IMG/VR virus record: IMGVR_UViG_3300021057_000274
Coordinates: 310,001 to 374,000 of that record
Reading direction: 5' to 3' (one strand)
DNA length: 64,000 nucleotides
This document shows, piece after piece, positions 1-10,137 of the stretch. The first letter of the stretch is position 1, and each line of letters starts with the position of its first letter. The notes below the pieces were generated by a model. That model worked only from the letters and a program-made list of their open reading frames with translations, had not been told where the DNA came from and searched no databases. Both the position numbers and the translations under genes were made by a program.

Positions 1-109
1 TTACGGCGGCATCGTCATCAAGGCCGAGGACGCGCCGTGGGCGCTGCCAGGCGTCATCACCGATCTCAAGCTGCGCCGAGTCTACCCGATTACCGTGGAG
101 CGCTAAATC

Positions 110-673
110 ATGTCCTCTCTCCGTGAGCAACTCCTCCAGCTTCTGGCCAACAAGGGGCACTCGCCCGTCGTCGAGGTCATCGGCATCATCTTCGATGACC
201 AGTATCTCGAGAAGGGCATGCAAGCTCGCGTAGTCGAGATTCATGAGGGGGTCGAGGGCGATCCCCAGATGGACGAGATCATCCTCGACTTCAGCGACTT
301 TGTCAGATCGAACCGGGCTCTCGAGCGACCCTCCTACTACGATCGAGCTGGCGTGCCGCGCTTGACCGCGACGGAGTCAGGGCACGTCCCGAAGAACAAT
401 CGGGAAGAGATCTACATCATGCACGACCAGTACGACAAGTGCTTGAAGCTCAACGACCGCCCGCTCTTCTTCGAATATCTTCGTCTGGTCGAGAGCGGAG
501 ACATCGGTAGATCGACTCCGATGGTCACCTACGTTGAGTGGCTTGAGCGCGGCGACGCGGCGTTTCGCAAGGCGGCCGAGATCGTGCGCGAGCAGGGTAA
601 GCTCCACAGGTGCAGCGCGCTCTCGATCGAGAGCACTTGCGCGGCGCTCTACGCGGCGAAGCTCGATGGCTAA
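110..673 (+). CDS. Hypothetical phage protein
   Basis: 187-aa ORF in the coding direction with phage-like codon usage; no motif recognised. Confidence 0.6.
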   Translation: MSSLREQLLQLLANKGHSPVVEVIGIIFDDQYLEKGMQARVVEIHEGVEGDPQMDEIILDFSDFVRSNRALERPSYYDRAGVPRLTATESGHVPKNNREEIYIMHDQYDKCLKLNDRPLFFEYLRLVESGDIGRSTPMVTYVEWLERGDAAFRKAAEIVREQGKLHRCSALSIESTCAALYAAKLDG

Positions 674-893
674 GGAGCACTTGAAGCTTCCCGAGTTCGA
701 CAGGGTCGAGAAAGAGCTCGAGCTCATCTCGAGCGACTCCAACGTTCGCCTCGTGGTTGACTTCGACGACGTTAACCATGACGTCGTGGAGGAGCTGACG
801 AAGCTGATCGTCAAGGCGGTCAATAACATTCCCGTCGAGGAGTGGAGAGGGGCTGTCAAGGCGGGTAGAGATCGTCATCGGGAAGATCACTAA
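666..893 (+). CDS. Hypothetical protein
   Basis: ATG overlaps the end of the upstream ORF (MAKEHLKLPEF...). Confidence 0.55.
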   Translation: MAKEHLKLPEFDRVEKELELISSDSNVRLVVDFDDVNHDVVEELTKLIVKAVNNIPVEEWRGAVKAGRDRHREDH

Positions 894-931
894 ATTCCTA
901 GCTCTTCCAGAGTGTGTTAGAATTTCACTCT

Positions 932-1486
932 GTGAGACAACGAAAATCTCTCGATGAAACTTATCTCAGAATGGCTGAGGAGCTGGCGGACGGTAGAGTC
1001 TACGCCACCCGAGCTCAGGTCGGCGCCCTCCTGGTCAAGAACAAGACCATCATCGCCGAGGGATACAACGGCATGCCCGAGGGGTTTCCGAACGAGGACG
1101 TCGAGTACGTTGACGCGGAGGGGAACCTCCGTACGAGTCCCCTCGTTATTCACGCCGAGGCCAACATCTTCGACAAGCTCTCGAAGAACGGCTCGAACGC
1201 TGGTGCTCGTGACGCTACTCTCTATTGTAGCTTTTCTCCTTGCGTTCCCTGCGCTCTCCGCATCATCAATAACAGGGTCAAGAGGGTCGTCTTTCGAAAC
1301 CTATATCGGGACGTCACTTGCTTCGAGTATCTCAAGAAGGCCAACATCGAGATCGTTCACCTGCCATCCAGGGAGACCGTAGATGTCGAATCAGTGCGCG
1401 CTTCTCCACCCTATTTCTCGCGGAGTTGGAAGTTTCTCGCCGAGATTATCGCTCGTGTCAGTCGTCGTGGATCGCGAGCGTCGTAA
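932..1486 (+). CDS. dCMP deaminase
   Basis: EGYNGMP, HAEAN and SPCVPCA zinc-deaminase motifs; GTG start 8 nt after the -10 box TAGAAT (918-923). Confidence 0.9.
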   Translation: MRQRKSLDETYLRMAEELADGRVYATRAQVGALLVKNKTIIAEGYNGMPEGFPNEDVEYVDAEGNLRTSPLVIHAEANIFDKLSKNGSNAGARDATLYCSFSPCVPCALRIINNRVKRVVFRNLYRDVTCFEYLKKANIEIVHLPSRETVDVESVRASPPYFSRSWKFLAEIIARVSRRGSRAS

Positions 1487-1662
1487 CAAGATCTACGCGA
1501 TCATTCGCGAGAGCCGAAAGGTCTTTCCCAAGGCCGAAGAGCAAGCGCGGCGAAAGAAGTGGGTGAGAGCTCGCCTCTTCATGACGTTCAGGGGCATCAA
1601 GGAGGTCAAGGTCCGCATGGACGGCGCGAGGAACGTCACGACCGCGCGCAGCTTGCCAGGGC

Positions 1663-2196
1663 TTGAGCTCTAAGCCTCTCGACCTCGGAGACCGGCTCCT
1701 CTGGCCTGACGGCGTCAGCACGGTAACGCCAGAGAAGCTTTCCGACTACATCGTCAAGGTCGGAGCTAGTAAGCTGGCGGTGACGGAGCTCACGCCAGAG
1801 ATCGAGCAGTTCAACCAGACCTCCGACGCTCAGATCGGCGTCAAGACCGACGTTGACCCGACTCTCTTTCCTCCAGCATGGACGCTTCCAGAGCGGTATA
1901 AATATCTGGATCTTGAGTCGTACCTTGTCGGGCTAGCTGATAAGATCGAGCGAGACGAGCTCTACGAGAAGCGATTGCAACGCCTCTCGGAGGAGATCGA
2001 GCTCTTCGATAAGCTAGGGTTAGATCAAGTGCTTAGAGCGCTGATCTACGTCCTCGACATGCTGCGCGAGAAGGGTCAAGTGTGGGGCGTCGGGCGAGGA
2101 AGTTCTTGCTCTAGCTACCTCCTCTACCTCATCGGACTGCATGACGTTGATCCTGTTAAGTACGGCATCGAGGTGACTGACTTTTTGAGAGAGTAA
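1663..2196 (+). CDS. dnaE: DNA polymerase III alpha-like, N-terminal fragment
   Basis: WGVGRGSSCSSYLLYLIGLHDVDPVKYG matches the DnaE GRGS...LGIT.VDP motif; only 177 aa. Confidence 0.85.
   Translation: MSSKPLDLGDRLLWPDGVSTVTPEKLSDYIVKVGASKLAVTELTPEIEQFNQTSDAQIGVKTDVDPTLFPPAWTLPERYKYLDLESYLVGLADKIERDELYEKRLQRLSEEIELFDKLGLDQVLRALIYVLDMLREKGQVWGVGRGSSCSSYLLYLIGLHDVDPVKYGIEVTDFLRE
1897..1904 (+). promoter_or_regulatory. T4-type late promoter TATAAATA
   Basis: Exact T4 late consensus inside the dnaE-N gene, upstream of the virion-type genes at 2200-3887. Confidence 0.55.
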
Positions 2197-2199
2197 TCC

Positions 2200-2637
2200 G
2201 TGAAGATCACCGAGCTTCTGAGCGAGAGCAAGACTAGCATCAAGGCCACCACGGTATTCACCGTGCGCCTCGTTCCGCAAGATCAGATCAAAACTGCGGA
2301 TCACTTTGGGTCGCGATCCGAAAATCCTGGGGTGTACATCGAGCTCCAGAAGATCTTCAAGGCCCTCGGAAAGAAGGTCACCGAGGGTGGTGTTTGGGAC
2401 TTCGATGAGGATTCCCAGCAAACTCAGTTCAAGAAGATCGTCAAGAAGTTGGGTCTCAATCCCGATGACATCAATCCAGATAAGTTGAAAGCTGCTGGAT
2501 TCACGCTCCTCTATACCGGCAGCACCATGCTCCTCTGGCAGAATAAAGAGCGCGAAGCCTTTATCTCGATCACGAAGCCAGGGCATCGCGATGCCTATAC
2601 CCCGACAGTCGTTTACATCACTAGCTCAACCAAATAA
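2200..2637 (+). CDS. Putative head-internal protein (MKITELLSE leader)
   Basis: N-terminus resembles a capsid-targeting/prohead-protease-cleaved leader. Confidence 0.55.
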   Translation: MKITELLSESKTSIKATTVFTVRLVPQDQIKTADHFGSRSENPGVYIELQKIFKALGKKVTEGGVWDFDEDSQQTQFKKIVKKLGLNPDDINPDKLKAAGFTLLYTGSTMLLWQNKEREAFISITKPGHRDAYTPTVVYITSSTK

Positions 2638-2647
2638 GGAAGAAGAA

Positions 2648-2887
2648 ATGCCACGCAATGTACGCACCGCCCGCGGCGAGGTCGTTGACTTCGACGCCAT
2701 CATCATCAAGCAGCAGCTGGCGCAGGCCCCGATGAACGTCGAGGTTGCTCGCCGCCGCAACTTTATCGACTCGAAGGAAGGCAAGGGCCGCGCCGCTAAG
2801 ACAGCGACTCAGGTCGAGGCCCTCCCGGCTGGCGACAATCTCGGTGAGATCGCTCCCATCGTTCCGCCGACGGAAGAAGCGAAGTAA
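2648..2887 (+). CDS. Hypothetical protein
   Basis: SD (AAGGA) before ATG; MPRNVRTARGEVVDFD... Confidence 0.6.
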   Translation: MPRNVRTARGEVVDFDAIIIKQQLAQAPMNVEVARRRNFIDSKEGKGRAAKTATQVEALPAGDNLGEIAPIVPPTEEAK

Positions 2888-2890
2888 CTC

Positions 2891-3550
2891 GTGATCAAGC
2901 TCTCTCTGAGAGAATCGCTCGTCCTCGCCGAGGCGCGCGACCCCGACAAGCGCTACAAGGAGATTTACGCTAAGAATGAGGTAGATCGAGTGATCCTCGC
3001 GCTCACGGGAACCGATTCGGCGGTCTGGACGAAGCTTCTTCGCTCGTACGATCGCATTCAAAAGCTAATTGAGCGGGCGAAGTTTAAGCACGAGGAGAAG
3101 AACAAGGAGCTTCGCTCTAGGATCTCGGAGCTCTTCGACGCGGATGATGTCTTCGTCACTCGTGTCGTCGAGACAGCTAGATTCACGGCGATGCTCTACA
3201 AGAAGGCCCGTCCCGATTCGACGCCGAAGGATCCGCCGACGGTGACCGACTGGGAGGCCGTCGCGAGGGATCTCCAGAAGCTCTTGACCGATGATCTCAT
3301 CCCGCAAGCCGAAGCGATCATCGCTGCGCACACGAAGCTCAAGAAGGTCAACGCGGAAAAGGCGCCAAATCTCAAGGTCGAGCCGAAGCCAGATCACTCA
3401 GGCCCGCTCGAGGAGGGATTGGGTGACGCGTTTACCGCGTTAAAGAGGGCAGCTCAAGCTCTCCTCAAGCAAGTCACTCGTTGGGCGCTGGGATACGACA
3501 AGAAGCTAGCCAAGCTGAAGGCCAGAGCCGGTTTAGTAAGTAGCAAGTAG
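2891..3550 (+). CDS. Putative virion/head protein
   Basis: LRE/LAE-A leader and internal LEE-G site. Confidence 0.5.
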   Translation: MIKLSLRESLVLAEARDPDKRYKEIYAKNEVDRVILALTGTDSAVWTKLLRSYDRIQKLIERAKFKHEEKNKELRSRISELFDADDVFVTRVVETARFTAMLYKKARPDSTPKDPPTVTDWEAVARDLQKLLTDDLIPQAEAIIAAHTKLKKVNAEKAPNLKVEPKPDHSGPLEEGLGDAFTALKRAAQALLKQVTRWALGYDKKLAKLKARAGLVSSK

Positions 3551-3575
3551 TACCTCATACTAAAGGAAAGTCATA

Positions 3576-3887
3576 ATGAAGATCCTTCCGATCAGGAAGA
3601 ACGTCATCTTTCAGTTCGCCGAGAGCACGGTCAGCGGTCGCTTCATCAACTCGACCGAGTCCGGGATCATCGTCACCTCGGACGATAAGAATCAGACAGG
3701 TTCACCGCGCTGGGTACGCATCACTCACGTCGGTCCTGACGTCGACGAGGAGATCAAGCCCGGCACCTTCGCTCTCGTCGAGGCCGGTAAGTGGACGATC
3801 GGCTTCTACGTTGACAGCATTCGCTACTGGAAGACCGAGGAGAGCTTCGTGATGGCTCTCTCGGATGAGCCCTACCACACTTACTGA
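3576..3887 (+). CDS. groES: GroES-like co-chaperonin
   Basis: MKILPIRKNV...TESGII...VGPDV..IKPG..; 103 aa. Confidence 0.75.
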   Translation: MKILPIRKNVIFQFAESTVSGRFINSTESGIIVTSDDKNQTGSPRWVRITHVGPDVDEEIKPGTFALVEAGKWTIGFYVDSIRYWKTEESFVMALSDEPYHTY

Positions 3888-5110
3888 TGTTCTTCATCGC
3901 TCTCGTCTTGCTTGTCGCTCTCTTGATGGAGGGCATCGGATCGTTCATCTCGGTGATCGGCTTCGGCGCCCTCTTCTCGATGAACCCGATCATCATGACG
4001 ATGGCGGTGATCCTTGACGCAGCTAAGATCGTCTCCGTCACCTTCCTCTACCAGTGCTGGAGAGACCTAGGCTGGTGGTGGAAGACGACCTTCATCCCCG
4101 CCGCCATCTTCCTCGTCATCATCACTTCAGCGGGCGTGTTCGGCTACCTGACAGGTGAGTTTCAGAGAGCGCTTCAGCCCAACATGCAATCGGTGTTGCA
4201 GGTGGAGTCGCTCAAGCGTGAGAAGGTGAGCGTCGACGCCGAGCGCACGCAGCTGCTCGACGAGAAGGCGAAGATCGACAAGCAGATCGCTCAGCTCCCG
4301 GACGAGAGCGTCGCGGGACGTCAGCGTCTCATCCGCTCGTTCGCCCCAGATCTCAACAGGATCCGCGGACGGATGGACGTCGTCACCAAGCGCGGTGACG
4401 AGCTGACCAAGGAGATCTTGCAGGCCGAGAGCGAGAACGTCGAGAAGGCCGTACACGTCGGGCCGATCCTCTACGTCGCGAAGGTGTTCGAGATCACCGT
4501 CGAGGAGGCGAGCAAGTGGATCATCCTCATGCTCGTGCTCGTGTTCGACCCTCTCGCGATCATGCTGGTGCTCGCTGGAAACTTTCTCATCGCGAGGAGG
4601 AGAGAGAGACTAGCTCCTGCCGTCGAGGAGAAGCTCGCGTTCAAGAAGGTTGAGCCTGGAGCATGCCCGATCGGGTTAGATCACCAACCGATGATCTGCA
4701 GCGCAGGGGTGTGTGACTTCTGTCGCGACTATCGCAAGAAGGCTAAGGACGAGGCCGAAAAGCCTGCCGGATATGACGAGGAGCCGTTTGACACCACAGG
4801 CTTCGCTGACTCATCCTCTAGCGTCGACGGCGTGACGAGGACGGAGGCGATCGGGAAGATCGAGCCGATCAAGGGCAACTTCGAGTCGACGCTCTCGTCA
4901 GCTCAGACCAGGTTTGAGGAGCCGCTTCCGCCAGCTCCGTCATCAGAGGAGGCCGAGCAGCTCATCGAGGAGATCGCTCCGTTGGTCGAGGGAGAGCCGG
5001 TGATTCCCCCGAGCGAGCTTGAGTCACTCAACGTCACTCTTCCGAGCGCGCTCGTTCGTGAGGGAGCTCGCACGTTCTCCGTGCGACGTCACCTCTACGA
5101 AGCTCTCTAA
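3887..5110 (+). CDS. Membrane protein with a coiled-coil loop
   Basis: Three N-terminal hydrophobic segments, a heptad-rich middle, a fourth TM segment (IILMLVLVFDPLA) and an acidic tail. Confidence 0.65.
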   Translation: MFFIALVLLVALLMEGIGSFISVIGFGALFSMNPIIMTMAVILDAAKIVSVTFLYQCWRDLGWWWKTTFIPAAIFLVIITSAGVFGYLTGEFQRALQPNMQSVLQVESLKREKVSVDAERTQLLDEKAKIDKQIAQLPDESVAGRQRLIRSFAPDLNRIRGRMDVVTKRGDELTKEILQAESENVEKAVHVGPILYVAKVFEITVEEASKWIILMLVLVFDPLAIMLVLAGNFLIARRRERLAPAVEEKLAFKKVEPGACPIGLDHQPMICSAGVCDFCRDYRKKAKDEAEKPAGYDEEPFDTTGFADSSSSVDGVTRTEAIGKIEPIKGNFESTLSSAQTRFEEPLPPAPSSEEAEQLIEEIAPLVEGEPVIPPSELESLNVTLPSALVREGARTFSVRRHLYEAL

Positions 5111-5112
5111 AA

Positions 5113-5141
5113 TTTCACCGTTGAGGTTTGGCGGTTACAAT
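5113..5141 (+). promoter_or_regulatory. Sigma70-like promoter
   Basis: TTTCAC-N17-TACAAT. Confidence 0.6.
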
Positions 5142-5175
5142 CCTCTCTCGGTAGCACTCACTAACGCGAGAGAGC

Positions 5176-6114
5176 ATGGCAGCCAAGAGACTCTGGACCG
5201 AGGCCCACCGGCCGAGGTCACTTGATCAATACGTCTTTCAAAACGAACAGCACCGCGAGCAGATCAACAAGTTCGTCGCTGAGAAGGACATTCCTCACCT
5301 TCTCCTCACCGGCACTCAAGGCTCCGGGAAGACCACCCTAGCCGAGATCCTCATCTCCGAGCTAGGCCTCGAGGACGTCGACGTTCTCCGCGAGAACGCG
5401 TCGAACAAGACAGGCATCGACTACATCCGCGAGGTGATCATCAACTTCGCCAGCTCCTACGCGATGAACGGGCGCTTCAAGGTCATCAAGCTCGAGGAGT
5501 TCGACCGAGTGTCTCCCGCCGGCCAGGACTCGCTTAAGGCGGTGATGGAGGAGTGCTCTGACACGTGTCGCTTCGTTTGCACGGCGAACCACGAGAACCG
5601 AATCATCGCCCCTCTCAAGTCTAGGTTTCAGCACCTCCGCTTCAAGGCGCCCGGGAAGGATGACGTGATAGTCAGGGCGGCTGAGATCTTGATCGCCGAG
5701 GACATCGAGTTCGACCTGGATGTTCTAGACAAGTACATCTCGCAAGCCTACCCCGACATCCGGAAGATCATCAATAACCTCCAGCTCAACGCGATCGGCA
5801 AGAAGCTGAGGACTCCCTCAACCGACGTCGACGGCAACGACTACCAGTTTCAGCTCCTCGACCTGATCGCCGCGGGTGACCTCCGCGAGATTCGCCGTCT
5901 CGTCTCGGAGCAATGCACGTCAGAGCAGATCGGTGAGGTCTTCGAGTTCCTCTACCGCAACCTCGACAAGCATCCCAAGCTCAAGGATCGCGCCGCCTAC
6001 GAGCAGTGCCTAGTCATCTTGGCCGAGGGCCTCTACAAGCACGGAATGGTCGCGATCCCGCACCTCAACTTCGAGGCGACATGCATCCGCATGTTCGCGC
6101 TGACCGGCGAGTGA
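5176..6114 (+). CDS. Clamp loader ATPase subunit (RFC/T4 gp44-like)
   Basis: WTEAHRP, Walker A GTQGSGKTT, NAS, Walker B LEEFD, PLKSRF, PDIR motifs. Confidence 0.92.
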   Translation: MAAKRLWTEAHRPRSLDQYVFQNEQHREQINKFVAEKDIPHLLLTGTQGSGKTTLAEILISELGLEDVDVLRENASNKTGIDYIREVIINFASSYAMNGRFKVIKLEEFDRVSPAGQDSLKAVMEECSDTCRFVCTANHENRIIAPLKSRFQHLRFKAPGKDDVIVRAAEILIAEDIEFDLDVLDKYISQAYPDIRKIINNLQLNAIGKKLRTPSTDVDGNDYQFQLLDLIAAGDLREIRRLVSEQCTSEQIGEVFEFLYRNLDKHPKLKDRAAYEQCLVILAEGLYKHGMVAIPHLNFEATCIRMFALTGE

Positions 6115-6358
6115 AATTCTACCGAGACCAGGACCTCGACTGGATCTACATGAAGGGCTATCGCTTCGCGTACGTCGTCGAGGACGGGGTGCTCTACAAG
6201 GTCGCGCAAGCGATGGTCAAGCATGCTTCATAAGTTGCTCTGCTGGCTGGGTCTGCATGAGGCTACCGCCGAGCGAGAGCACGTCTTTTACAGCAACCGC
6301 ACCATGATCGAGATCTACCGCTGCGAGAGATGCCAGGGATCCGTGATGAGGGAGTACG

Positions 6359-6823
6359 GTGGCTAGGGAGAGAGCGTTAGACATCTTTCCGCTTCTCGAG
6401 CGGATCGACCGTAAGGATTACGGGATCTGGAGCTCTCTCAACGAGGCTCAGCGCAAAGAGTTCTCGGCGCTGATCGTCATGCGCTGGATGGCCGGAACCA
6501 CCGATCCAATGCAGCTCATCTTTCTCAATGAGCTGGTGAACGTCCTCGTCTTCTCGCTCCCGAATCACGACGAGCTGATGTTGAAGCTCCTCACCGTGTG
6601 TTCAAACGGCCAGCGAAAGAGATACAATTGGGTGCAATACAAGGTGGTCGGATCCAAGAAGGTCAAGCGGTCGATCGAGCTGATCGCGAGCCACTACGGC
6701 CTCTCGATCGAGGAGGCCGAGGACTCTCGGCGTCTCTTCTCCGACGAGGAGATCATGACCCTCGCGGAGATGGCTGGCCTCCAGAAGGATGAGATCACGG
6801 AGCTTAAGAAGGAGTTGAAATGA
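6359..6823 (+). CDS. Clamp loader small subunit (gp62-like)
   Basis: Size, position after the gp44-like gene and FS...MRWM pattern. Confidence 0.55.
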   Translation: MARERALDIFPLLERIDRKDYGIWSSLNEAQRKEFSALIVMRWMAGTTDPMQLIFLNELVNVLVFSLPNHDELMLKLLTVCSNGQRKRYNWVQYKVVGSKKVKRSIELIASHYGLSIEEAEDSRRLFSDEEIMTLAEMAGLQKDEITELKKELK

Positions 6824-7221
6824 CCGAGGAAGAGGTAGCTCTCAGGGCGATCTTAGCGCACAGACGGTTCAAGGCTGAGATCGCGGTCGAGGGAATGTTG
6901 ATCAACCATCGAGGATCCTCGAGGTTGACCGCTGACGCGATGGTTGACGCGGTGATCAGGATCATGGACGGGGAAGAGGTCGATGCTCCCAAGCCCTGGC
7001 AAAAGTACGCGGTTAAGCTATGACCCATCGCCTCGATGACGTTCTCTCGAGAATGTCTTATCAGGATCTTGTCGTTCTCGCCGAGGATGGTGCTGGAATC
7101 ATCTTCACGAAGAGCTCGCTGACGAAGGCCCAAGTGATCAAGTTTCTCTCGGAGACCCTTATCCACAACGTGAATCGCTCGATCATGATCGGGCAACTTA
7201 AGGCCATGCTAAAGGATTGAA

Positions 7222-7896
7222 GTGATCTCGCCTTACAAGTGCATGTTCTGCAAGAAGGCGCTCCCCTCGGAGCGTGTCTTCATGCGGCACCAGTGCACTC
7301 AGATGGTGCGATCCAAGGAGATCCAGACCGTCATCGGCCAGGTCGCCTTCGGGCTCTACAAGCATTGGCTCGAGAAGCAACGCCGCACCCCGCCGTCGAT
7401 CGAGACCTTCTGCACGAGTGCGTACTACACCCCGTTCATCAAGTTCGCAGAGTGGGTGCGCGAGACTGGCATCATAGATCCGAAGAAGTACGTCGAGGTC
7501 ATGCTTGAGAAGAAGATCGCGCCGTCGCTCTGGCGCCGCAACGAAGCGTACCAGTTTTTCCTCGAGCACGTCGACAAGCGAACCAATCCCTACGACCAGG
7601 CGACGACGACCGTCGAGACGCTCATGACGCTCGCTGAGGGCCTCGAGTGCGCGCCGGGCGAGGTTTTCGCCAAGTTTACCGCGGGAGAGATCCTCGAGCT
7701 GATCCAGCAGCGTCGCCTCTCGCCGTGGCTTCTCTTTTGCTCGAGAGCGTTCAAGGACTGGGTCAATACCCTCCACGAGGGTGATCGGTCAGCGCTGATG
7801 AAGGGAATCGGCATCGACTACTGGGCGCTCCAGCTCGAGAAGCGCCCGGAGGTGGTCAAGGCGCTGAAGGAGATCGCGAGTGAGCTCGGCATCTGA
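7222..7896 (+). CDS. Protein with N-terminal zinc finger
   Basis: YKCMFCKK...FMRHQC motif. Confidence 0.6.
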   Translation: MISPYKCMFCKKALPSERVFMRHQCTQMVRSKEIQTVIGQVAFGLYKHWLEKQRRTPPSIETFCTSAYYTPFIKFAEWVRETGIIDPKKYVEVMLEKKIAPSLWRRNEAYQFFLEHVDKRTNPYDQATTTVETLMTLAEGLECAPGEVFAKFTAGEILELIQQRRLSPWLLFCSRAFKDWVNTLHEGDRSALMKGIGIDYWALQLEKRPEVVKALKEIASELGI

Positions 7897-8179
7897 CATC
7901 GAGGCGCAGTTCAACACCATGCTCTCGCTGTGCGAGAATGGAGCCATCTCACGTCGAGCTTTGGTAGAGTGGATCAAGAAACACATCGATCCTGGATTTG
8001 CTGACGCGCTAGAGGCGTGGCATGACATGACGGGCGAGTACATCTCTCCTCCGCAGAACATGAAGTTTGAGGTAGATCTTCTCCCCGAGCAAGTGAAGAT
8101 CTACGAGGTCTTCAAGAGGAACGGTCTAGCTGGCTAGAGAGTAAATATTCGGGCGTGTTGTCAGCAAGAAGGAGGTAGT

Positions 8180-8341
8180 ATGAGCCGAGCCCGATACCTC
8201 AAGCTTCTAGAGCGCCAAGTCGACGCTTCTAGGCGAGTCATAAATGACCTCACCCGTGAGCTTCATGAAGTTCGCGAGATGTTGAAGGAAACGCAACAAC
8301 GAGATGAGCGACAACAACGTCAAGCCGCCCCAGCCAACTAA
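8180..8341 (+). CDS. Small coiled-coil protein (53 aa, absent from the ORF track)
   Basis: TAAATA at 8142-8147 and SD AGGAGGT precede MSRARYLKLLERQVD... Confidence 0.5.
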   Translation: MSRARYLKLLERQVDASRRVINDLTRELHEVREMLKETQQRDERQQRQAAPAN

Positions 8342-8798
8342 CGAAGAGCTGGCGTGGGCGAGGTACAAGGTGATCGACATCCTAGCAGGATGCGTTCTAA
8401 ACATCCACCTCAGAGACGCACAGATGTGTCCCAAGTATCTCCACGAGATGACCGAGGCCGCTGAGGTGAACGACTACTACGAGCTTCTTGACAAGTTGTT
8501 TTCAAGAACCTCCACCTAGATTACAATGCTGGATGATCATCAAGGTCATCCTCCCCGCGGCTGAGATTCCTCTTGACTCCGTCGTCACCAAGCGTACCGG
8601 TGAGAAGGAGTACACGCTTCGTGACAGAGTGCGCGTCTTCGGTGAGAGCGGAGAGCGGCGCGAGATCGTCGCCTCTGGAGGATCTCGCTTCATCGTCTCT
8701 CCGAACGGAGATGCTAACGTGGTCAACGCTGACACGGAGCTGTGCTGGCTAACTGATCGTGAGCAGCTCTTGGCGTTCTTGACACCTTTAGACGACTA

Positions 8799-9383
8799 GT
8801 GGACATCGACGTTGACACCCCGTCGTCGTTCGATCCGGCCAAGGTCTTTGACTTGGCCGTCAGGGCGTCACAGTACAAGGATCAGAAGCTGACGCCGCAC
8901 CCGTGCGGCGTCTACTTTCAGGCCGTGCCGAGGGACCCCATCACTGGCCTCGCCGCCGTTCCCTACAGAGAGGCCGAGGAGCTCGGCTGCTTTAAGATCG
9001 ACTTCCTTCACCTCTCGGTCTACGACCACTTCACCTCGAAGGACGAGATCAGGGAGCTGCTTAAGATCGAGCCTGACTGGGAGCTGCTCAAGATTCCGTC
9101 GGTCGTCCAGAAGCTCTTTCACCTCGCTAAGCACCACGACCTGCTTCAGCAAGCTAAGCCTCGATCGATCATCGAGCTAGCTGACTGTCTCGCCCTCATT
9201 CGCCCCGGAAAGGCGAAATATCTACTTCAAAAATACTTGCAGGATAAGGCCAGATGGCGCACCGAGTTGTACAAGATCTATCCCGGCGAGGAAGGTGGGT
9301 ATACCTTTAAGAAGGCACACGCGATCGCCTACGCCATGGTGATCGTTCTGCAACTTCACCTCATCAAGGGAGGAGCGCTTTGA
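8799..9383 (+). CDS. dnaE: DNA polymerase III alpha-like, catalytic fragment
   Basis: Begins MDIDVD (PDIDxD catalytic motif), then HPCGVY, KIDFL, LALIRPG and YTFKKAHAIAYA (YxFNKSH.AY). Confidence 0.88.
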   Translation: MDIDVDTPSSFDPAKVFDLAVRASQYKDQKLTPHPCGVYFQAVPRDPITGLAAVPYREAEELGCFKIDFLHLSVYDHFTSKDEIRELLKIEPDWELLKIPSVVQKLFHLAKHHDLLQQAKPRSIIELADCLALIRPGKAKYLLQKYLQDKARWRTELYKIYPGEEGGYTFKKAHAIAYAMVIVLQLHLIKGGAL

Positions 9384-10073
9384 CTCACGTCTGTCGGCCG
9401 TTTGACACCGGTTGCGTCTGCAACACCGCTGGGCTAGAGCCGAGCGAGGAGTGTCCGCTCCACGGCCGTGGTCCGCTGGTGCATCGCTGCAGGTGTGGCC
9501 GCTTCTTGAAGCGGCAAGATCCGGACATCGGAAGCGGTGACAGCAAGATCAACATCAATGATCCGGAGCTACGATGGGATTGTTGGTCGGCGATCTAGTC
9601 GTCCTCCGCGGGGTGCCTGACTCCATGTATCACAACCTGGAGCAGGAGGAGATCAACGCGATCAAGGCGCAGATCGGAAAGACGCACAAGATCGTTGGCT
9701 TTAACGAGATCGGATGGGTAGAGATCGAGTTCAAGCATGACGATGTCTTTCACTTCATCTGGGTGGAGCCGATGTATGTAGATAAAACGACGCGGCTCCA
9801 GCCCCTCTTGTGCTGGCTCTTTCGCAAGGTTTACGCTCGCTGGCTCTGGAACGTCCGAGTGATCAAGGTGATCAGTTGGCGCACGGCGATCGTTGAGCGA
9901 AAGACCGAGCGCACGGTCATGTCACCCTGCTTCTGGTGGTTCCAGTGATCGAGCTTGGCTTTTGGGTGATCGCGTTGACTAACGTTATCTTGGTTGGTTT
10001 GTACCTCGACTGGTGGTGATTCTGAGAAATTAGCGGTAAGCTCGCTTCTTTTGGTGAAATTGTCTCAATCCTG

Positions 10074-10102
10074 TTTACTTTTTGAGCAAATGGGATTACA
10101 AT
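10074..10102 (+). promoter_or_regulatory. Sigma70-like promoter
   Basis: TTTACT-N17-TACAAT followed by TATCGTCAAT. Confidence 0.75.
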
Positions 10103-10137
10103 TCACCTATCGTCAATCGATCTTGGAGGCAAGTCGA

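Noticed and set aside
1663-9383. Split intein or frameshifted dnaE pseudogene
   Set aside because: No intein motifs at the fragment ends; the halves are 6.6 kb apart with intact catalytic motifs
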